From contig CAXXDV010000001.1 in NCBI GenBank assembly GCA_963674745.2, positions 1,088,001 to 1,152,000 on the forward strand: a stretch of 64,000 nt of DNA. Reading direction: 5' to 3'. This document shows, one piece after another, positions 57,979-64,000 of this stretch (positions are counted from its first letter, which is position 1; every line of letters starts with the position of its first letter). Under the pieces are notes generated by a model. That model ran no database searches. It was not told the DNA's origin and saw nothing but the letters and a program-made list of their open reading frames with translations. Source of the stretch: Desulfosudaceae bacterium. Lineage in GTDB: Bacteria > Desulfobacterota > Desulfobacteria > Desulfobacterales > Desulfosudaceae. The translations under genes were made by a program, and so were the position numbers.

Positions 57979-59775
57979 ATGTCTTTAAACTATTTTATCG
58001 TCTATAATCCATTGACTTACAAGCTTATGGATCTGATCCCGGCAACGGATCTGAGACCGATTGATATTGTATATTATCTTACCGGTAAGGCCCGAAAACC
58101 CATAACGCCCGCTAATTTTCTCGAGTATATCGATTTTGATTTAAAAAAACAGCGCATGACTATGGTGGACACGCTGGCCATTGAAATGTACTCGGCTGTT
58201 TATATCCAGAACCAGTTGGCCAGGCTGGCCAAAGACCACATGGTGGTTATGCTGGATGGAAAGCGGAAATTGTTTTCGACGGTCATCAAAGAAAAGCAGC
58301 GCCGACCCCGGGCTGTTTTCATTACATCCATGAGTTCCAGCTTTCCCTCCGCGGCCGCAGCGGCTATTGTTTTAAACCATGCTGAAATTCCGGTAATCAT
58401 GGGCGGTATTCACGTTTCTACCAGCCCCGAGGATGTGGACACGTTTATCCGGCAACATGTCCCTCACCCGGAACTGGTGACCATCGTTAAAGGCGCCGGT
58501 GATTCTGTTGTTCTTCACGATGTTCTGGATGGCCTCAAAAACGGCGATCTGCAGCCCGAATATACCGGCTACAAACTTATCGAAAACGGTGTCTGGGGTA
58601 ATTTTAATAACGTTGAGCCGCTGGAACCGTTAAAGATCAACTTACTTCACCGACTGCCCATCATCCGGCATACCCCCCTCCGGGACTTCCGTATAAACCC
58701 GGTGGCCCCCCATACAGGTTGCCCATTTTCATGCAAGTTCTGTTCGATTTCAACCCTGCCCAAAAAGCAACGGGCCCTGCGTTTAAGAGATCCGGACGAC
58801 TTTGTCAACGAATTGAAAGCCGCCCAGAACAGTCGGCCCGACTTTAAAAACCGATATTATTTTTTTACACCCGACAACCTGCTGCTGGGGAAAAAAAACC
58901 TGCTGACCATGCTGGACAAGATTATCGAAAGCGATTTGTGCATCAACTACGCGGTCCAGATTTCCATTGACGTGGCCAATGATGAGGACCTGCTCAGAAA
59001 AATCAGGCGTTCGGGCGGCACCCATTTTTTCATCGGTATGGAATCGCTGGACATGCGAAACCTGAAATATATCGATAAACATATAGTCGGTGATATTGAA
59101 AAAAGTGGCTTGTCCGTGGAAGATTACTATCGAACCAAGATAAAAAAAATCCACGCCCACGGTATTTCAATTCATGGCTCTTTTATTTTCGGCCTGCCGT
59201 ATGATTATTTCAACTCCATTTCCGACAATACCGGCACCTGGATAGCCGACTTTTGCAGAAAGAACAAAATCGGTGTTCAACCAAGCACCATTACGGATCT
59301 TCCGGGATCTGTCTTTTTTAACGAAAGCCAGGAGAACGGATCCTATCTTTACGGCAAGAAAGGTACCATGGACTATTTTGTGTCGTTAAGCATTGCCGAT
59401 CTGGCTGAAACCAACAAGCAACCACCGGAGACGCTTAATAGAAGTCCGCTGATTATTGCCGCCATGGTCTATGAAGCCACCAAAAAAATCGGCGCGCCAA
59501 TGGCTGCCGTCAGTAACTCATCGGCCATCTTTTTTAAATCATTGCTTCACCCGACAAAAAACGGTGAAGGCTTTCAAATAAAGCAGCGTTTTCTGGACGC
59601 GCTCTGCTCAGCTATTTCGCAAACAGCCGTCAGCCTTTATAAAGAGCAGGGGGATTCAATTGTCATGTCAAAGCATGGTGTCAGAGGAATTCTTGAACGA
59701 CTTTTTGACAATGAAGCTGATCCGCAACTCAAAAATCAGTTTCGTGATTACATTAAACAATTTACAGAGCATTAA
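57979..59775 (+). CDS. Radical SAM protein with divergent B12-binding-like domain
   Basis: VIMGGIHVS, GCPFSCKFC, TPDN, FIGMES, HGSFIFGLPYD; start 57979 or 57937. Confidence 0.82.
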   Translation: MSLNYFIVYNPLTYKLMDLIPATDLRPIDIVYYLTGKARKPITPANFLEYIDFDLKKQRMTMVDTLAIEMYSAVYIQNQLARLAKDHMVVMLDGKRKLFSTVIKEKQRRPRAVFITSMSSSFPSAAAAAIVLNHAEIPVIMGGIHVSTSPEDVDTFIRQHVPHPELVTIVKGAGDSVVLHDVLDGLKNGDLQPEYTGYKLIENGVWGNFNNVEPLEPLKINLLHRLPIIRHTPLRDFRINPVAPHTGCPFSCKFCSISTLPKKQRALRLRDPDDFVNELKAAQNSRPDFKNRYYFFTPDNLLLGKKNLLTMLDKIIESDLCINYAVQISIDVANDEDLLRKIRRSGGTHFFIGMESLDMRNLKYIDKHIVGDIEKSGLSVEDYYRTKIKKIHAHGISIHGSFIFGLPYDYFNSISDNTGTWIADFCRKNKIGVQPSTITDLPGSVFFNESQENGSYLYGKKGTMDYFVSLSIADLAETNKQPPETLNRSPLIIAAMVYEATKKIGAPMAAVSNSSAIFFKSLLHPTKNGEGFQIKQRFLDALCSAISQTAVSLYKEQGDSIVMSKHGVRGILERLFDNEADPQLKNQFRDYIKQFTEH

Positions 59776-59790
59776 AACGGGGGCGTGAAT

Positions 59791-59955
59791 ATGGAAGCAA
59801 AACTGTCCAAAGAAAAAAACAAAAATGGGGAGGTTGTCTCTGTTATTGTCACGATTGAAAGAGATTCAGCCTATGAAAAAAGACGGTTCGGAAGTGAAGA
59901 AGAGGCCAGGGAGTTTATCCGGCGCCTGAAGGAGCTTGAAGCCAAAAAAAAATAG
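59791..59955 (+). CDS. Small hypothetical protein (54 aa)
   Basis: MEAKLSKEKNKNGEVVSVIVTIERDSAYEKRRFGSEEEAREFIRRLKELEAKKK; 15 nt after the upstream stop, G-rich SD; too short for the ORF track. Confidence 0.6.
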   Translation: MEAKLSKEKNKNGEVVSVIVTIERDSAYEKRRFGSEEEAREFIRRLKELEAKKK

Positions 59956-60269
59956 CCGCCCGTCTGAAACGGGGTAATACCCTCTGTTTGGCTGCAAACA
60001 GAAAACAACCTTTTAAAATCGCATGTGGTCTGGCCGACCAAACCGACCGGACAGCAGGCCGAAAAAAGCCGGGCTGGTCAGCAGAATATTGCGTGGCTTT
60101 CTCGGTCATCTTATTTTATTGTTATAGCAAAAAACCTAAACAAATCAGGGCTTTTATTAAAAATGGCGGCGTTGCTTAAAAAATACGCCTGCTGCGTCAT
60201 AGCCAAACCATAATCCGCCTGAATCCAAGGTGTTTATCTGGTAAAAGCCGGCTTTAGGAAAAGTAATCC

Positions 60270-63200
60270 ATGATGACCATAAAATCCCAAGCGCTGGAAG
60301 TTAACCTGGCCAGTTATCATGTCGATGTTTCCATAGACGAGCGATACCTGGTTCTGCGCGAAATCATGGGCAAGTACCATGGCCTGATGGATCGGCTTGA
60401 CACCTTTTTAAAAGAATTATCACATCCTTACAAAAACTGGCAGTTTATTGTCAAAGAAGCCCGAACGTTTTCTCTGGACTATTTTCGTCAGATTCAGAGC
60501 CATGAAAAAGGCCCGGCCGCAGCTGATCTGTATGCCCATATTTTTTCCAGTGCGGTAAAAGCCTCAAGCAACCAGGAAGTCAAAACCGATGCCGCCGACA
60601 ATCTTCTGCTGTTTCTTTCCAAGCTGGCCAAAGAAAGTGAGCTTTCTTTATTTTTACCGGTTCTTAACAATGCCTGCGACGACATCTGGAGACTTGAGGG
60701 GGATAATTTTTTCGTCTTTGTGAACAGTTATTACCCGATAAAAAGCATCGCCGCCGGTATCTTGAACAACAACCCGTCCGGTTCTTTTATTCATATCAAC
60801 CGGCTGTTGATGAAGTATCTTGAACATGTCTATCAGCACTGGCACGGCGAAACAGACTGTCTGGCCTGGTTTGATAAAGAGATAACAGATATCGGTGAAG
60901 CAGATCCCTCTTTATTAAAACCGGTTAAAGACCTTTTAAACCAGATGTCCCATAAAAATATCGGCCTGATTTCTTCACGGCTACGGCAGTTTTCAAAACG
61001 GGAAGATATGGATGCGGGAGAGACATGCCGGCAATTGATTGATATGCCGGATTTCGCCTTTTTTGTTTCTTCCTACCGGAAACTGCCGGAAATGCTTTAC
61101 CGTATTGGCGGGTCACAAAACAAAGCGCACAGATGGAAACTGTTATCGCTTTTTCTGATTTTGAGCACATCCGGCCTTGCCCTTCTTCACGAAGAATCAT
61201 TACGGGAAATAAACACCACGCTCGGCAACCTGATTTCGAACAAAGAGCTGAAAAAAAGTCGAGAACTCATTAAGCGCACTTTTCTGATATTAAAAAAACA
61301 AATCACCCGTTTTCCGATCACGGCGCTAAACTGTGTACTGAATATCGGCAAGAGCGTTTATTACACGGATGATACTGATTTAATTAACTATTTTATCAGC
61401 TCGGTCATCGAGCTGGGATTTCACCCCCCTACGATCCAGGGTGTTGACAGTGACTGGAAAATAAAAGTCAACCGGGCCCACCTGCATAACATCAGGACCT
61501 GGCTGGCACTGGTCAGGTTAAACCCCCAGAAATCATCCCGCCTGCTGTCGGCACTGATCGTTCATCTGTCGGTCAGCGGCGTATTTGTAAGGGATATCGA
61601 CCTGTTTCCCCGGGACATAACCACACTTTTAAACAGTGACATCGGGCCTGTTTACAACCTGGTCAAACAACTGACCCGCTTAACCCCCGTTTTTTTCAAC
61701 GATATCGGGGCTGAAGGTGCCTTGAGGGACATCTCCACGGAGATAGATGAGCTGTGCCACAGAAAGGACGTCCTGGTACATTTTTTGCGGAAACAGGGAC
61801 ATGTTGAAGGAAGCAACCGCCTGATCGCCTTTATGGAAACGGCCATTGCGTTCTGGATGACCCGGGAAAAAGCCGGTCTGCAACCTTACCTGCCGCCGGA
61901 AATGTACGCCCAGGTGTCTTCAGAAGGCGATTTTGTCGACGGCATGCACGCCCTCTTCAAACACTTTGAAGAAAACGGGATTGCCATTCCAAAGGGGTTG
62001 CTGGAAATCGACAACCGGGAACTGGAAGCGCTGTGCGAACAGGTTCCGGACGTTTCCCCGCGGGACCGGAAAAGGGCGGCCCTGGCCGTGGCTTTCTATA
62101 AAATGCTTGACCAGAAATATAATATCGGTTTTACAGAAATAGAGCATTACCTTGACCAGCTGGACACCGGCAGTTTTCCGGATCTTGAGAAAATCAAGCA
62201 GGCACTGGCTGAAACCAGCACCAAAAAAAAGATTTCCGGATTAATTAAATACCTGTATCAACTAAAAGCACTGATTCTGTCTGACAAAGAATTTGAAATC
62301 CAGCAGAACATTTACGAAAAACGCCATATTACGGTTGATATACCTTCCATGTACGGCAGTTACCGGGAAACCAAGTTTGACGCCCTGGGGCTGACCTTTC
62401 GCCTGGAAGCATTGGTCAATGTGCTGTTTGAAGAAATTATCAACAGCATCAACCTGAACCTGATTACCAAAACCACTTTTTTTGAAATTTACAACTGCTT
62501 GAAACTGCTTGTCAGCGCATTGTCTCTGGACGGTTGCCCGACCAAAGAAATCGACCTTCAACTGGAGCTGTTGTCTCAGGCATTAAAATCAAGGGGGTTT
62601 TCCTTTTCACAGTTTCTGGATATTTTCAAACGCCTGGCCAAAGCGGTTCAAAACATTATCAACGATCACTATCGCAATATATATGACCAGAACCTTTCCC
62701 GAATTATTCCCAAGCTGCCCACCAGCGTCATTCTTGACAAATATCTGCCGGACAATAAGGGTAATGGTCAGATTGAACGGGGAAAACTGGTATACCGGAT
62801 ATCTGAAATTTTTTATCGGGAAAAAATAGCGCTCTCTTTTGGCATGGCACAGCTTGACCTTTTTCTGACGCGAATTCTCCAAGTGCTGTTTCTTCAGCAG
62901 AACGAACTGCCGCCGGAAAGACTGGCCCGGCTGCTGAATTACGACCCGGCCAGAATCATTGCCCGGATCGATGAAAAAGAAATCCAGAAATACGGCATTA
63001 TTCACCTGGGAAACAAGGGCTTTAACCTGATCAGCTTAAAAAGCAACGGATGTCCTGTGCCTCCGGGTTTTATTATTACAACGGAAGTGTTCAAGTGCCG
63101 GGAAATTATAGATTCCTACAAGCCGGCTGAAAACATTTTCAAACAGGCCCTTTTGCGGCATCTCCACCGCCTGGAAAAAGAAACCGGAAAAACATTTGGA

Positions 63201-64000
63201 GACCCGAAAAACCCTCTGTTGCTGTCGGTTAGAAGCGGCGCTTCCATCTCCCAACCGGGAATGATGGATACGTCCCTTAATGTCGGTATTAACGAAGATA
63301 TTGCTTTCGGCCTGGCCGAAAAAACCGGCAACACCTGGTTTGCATGGGATAATTATCGCCGTTTTATTCAATGTTATGGTATGGCTTTCGGCTTGAACAG
63401 GGACACCTTCAGCGCCATTATGACCCGCCACAAGAAAAAGTGGGGCGTTCAGTTGAAAAGGCAGTTCACCGGAGAGCAGATGAAGCAGCTGGCCAGAGAC
63501 TATCGGGCGGCGGTCGAGGCGGCCGGAATTGACATTGTAGACGATCCTTTTGAGCAGCTTTACGCCACCATAAAAACCGTGTTTGATTCCTGGTACTCTC
63601 AAAAAGCCAAGACCTATCGGCATATTGTCGGCATTTCCGACGACTGGGGAACAGCCGTAACCGTTCAGGCAATGGTGTATGGAAATCTGACCTCGAAAAG
63701 CTCCGGCAGTGGCGTTATCTTTACCCACAGCCCCAAGATATCCGGAGACAGTCTTATGCTCTGGGGTGATTTTACCATAGGCAATCAGGGAGAAGATGTT
63801 GTGGCCGGGCTGGTGACGACACTGCCGATTTCGATCAGACAAAAAAATCTGGAACAACGAAAAACCGACGTCACCCTTGAGACCCAGTTTCCGTCAATAT
63901 ATAAGTCGCTTACCAAGTTGGTCAACCAGCTGATTTATGACCATGGCTGGAACCCCCAGGAAATAGAATTTACATTCGAAGGGCCCGACGAAAAAAACCT
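60270..64000 (+). CDS. Giant PPDK-family (PEP/pyruvate-binding) protein, 3' truncated by window
   Basis: Starts MMTIKSQALEVNL; from 63003 in frame HLGNKG, VPPGFIITT, PLLLSVRSGA..SQPGMMDT, AWDNYRRF, GTAVTVQAMVYGN, QGEDVVAG; no stop seen before the end. Confidence 0.88.
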   Translation, partial: MMTIKSQALEVNLASYHVDVSIDERYLVLREIMGKYHGLMDRLDTFLKELSHPYKNWQFIVKEARTFSLDYFRQIQSHEKGPAAADLYAHIFSSAVKASSNQEVKTDAADNLLLFLSKLAKESELSLFLPVLNNACDDIWRLEGDNFFVFVNSYYPIKSIAAGILNNNPSGSFIHINRLLMKYLEHVYQHWHGETDCLAWFDKEITDIGEADPSLLKPVKDLLNQMSHKNIGLISSRLRQFSKREDMDAGETCRQLIDMPDFAFFVSSYRKLPEMLYRIGGSQNKAHRWKLLSLFLILSTSGLALLHEESLREINTTLGNLISNKELKKSRELIKRTFLILKKQITRFPITALNCVLNIGKSVYYTDDTDLINYFISSVIELGFHPPTIQGVDSDWKIKVNRAHLHNIRTWLALVRLNPQKSSRLLSALIVHLSVSGVFVRDIDLFPRDITTLLNSDIGPVYNLVKQLTRLTPVFFNDIGAEGALRDISTEIDELCHRKDVLVHFLRKQGHVEGSNRLIAFMETAIAFWMTREKAGLQPYLPPEMYAQVSSEGDFVDGMHALFKHFEENGIAIPKGLLEIDNRELEALCEQVPDVSPRDRKRAALAVAFYKMLDQKYNIGFTEIEHYLDQLDTGSFPDLEKIKQALAETSTKKKISGLIKYLYQLKALILSDKEFEIQQNIYEKRHITVDIPSMYGSYRETKFDALGLTFRLEALVNVLFEEIINSINLNLITKTTFFEIYNCLKLLVSALSLDGCPTKEIDLQLELLSQALKSRGFSFSQFLDIFKRLAKAVQNIINDHYRNIYDQNLSRIIPKLPTSVILDKYLPDNKGNGQIERGKLVYRISEIFYREKIALSFGMAQLDLFLTRILQVLFLQQNELPPERLARLLNYDPARIIARIDEKEIQKYGIIHLGNKGFNLISLKSNGCPVPPGFIITTEVFKCREIIDSYKPAENIFKQALLRHLHRLEKETGKTFGDPKNPLLLSVRSGASISQPGMMDTSLNVGINEDIAFGLAEKTGNTWFAWDNYRRFIQCYGMAFGLNRDTFSAIMTRHKKKWGVQLKRQFTGEQMKQLARDYRAAVEAAGIDIVDDPFEQLYATIKTVFDSWYSQKAKTYRHIVGISDDWGTAVTVQAMVYGNLTSKSSGSGVIFTHSPKISGDSLMLWGDFTIGNQGEDVVAGLVTTLPISIRQKNLEQRKTDVTLETQFPSIYKSLTKLVNQLIYDHGWNPQEIEFTFEGPDEKN

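Noticed and set aside
60149..60249. Possible structured leader of the PPDK-like gene (GGCTTTTATTA/TGGTAAAAGCC, GGCGG/CCGCC)
   Set aside because: Short, AT-rich, widely separated pairings that could be chance
60925..63857. Minus-strand ORFs up to 273 aa
   Set aside because: Antisense shadows of the PPDK-like gene; the same applies to the many long antisense ORFs over apr/qmo, hrpA and nfeD

Overview
Core-genome window of a dissimilatory sulfate reducer, most likely Desulfobacterota/Desulfobacterales (inferred from gene content and AprBA/QmoABC type). Left to right: 5' end of pilM with an upstream HTH gene; aprBA-qmoABC; a four-gene GMC-oxidoreductase module; U32 peptidase-family gene; cheA-cheW-cheB-cheR; B12-binding radical SAM, GT2 and a hybrid PAS/GAF kinase; hrpA divergent from a YcaO-TPR gene; a sigma54 EBP / solute-binding protein / histidine kinase / cereblon-like (CULT) run; a REC protein behind a full sigma54 promoter; DUF169; iorAB; nfeD-nfeD-floA-yqfB-like; a pilin-pilin-pilC-pilin cassette; HAD, DUF1573, phosphoesterase, priA, gltA, alr, pseudouridine synthase, argJ; a second radical SAM, a 54-aa ORF and a giant PPDK-like gene that runs off the window. 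Best leads: (1) two ORF-track entries that join through an in-frame UGA into an exported DUF1573 protein with a U-G-C motif and a SECIS-like hairpin; (2) a pseudoknotted structured leader in front of the orphan ycaO-TPR gene, which converges on a cereblon-like gene; (3) at least five families of small intergenic repeats/MITEs, one with a clear TSD that rewrote a gene end; (4) an aromatic-rich pilin in a partly degenerate pilin cassette. No rRNA, tRNA, CRISPR array, integrase or transposase was recognised. All calls come from reading the sequence by eye; no searches or folding programs were run.
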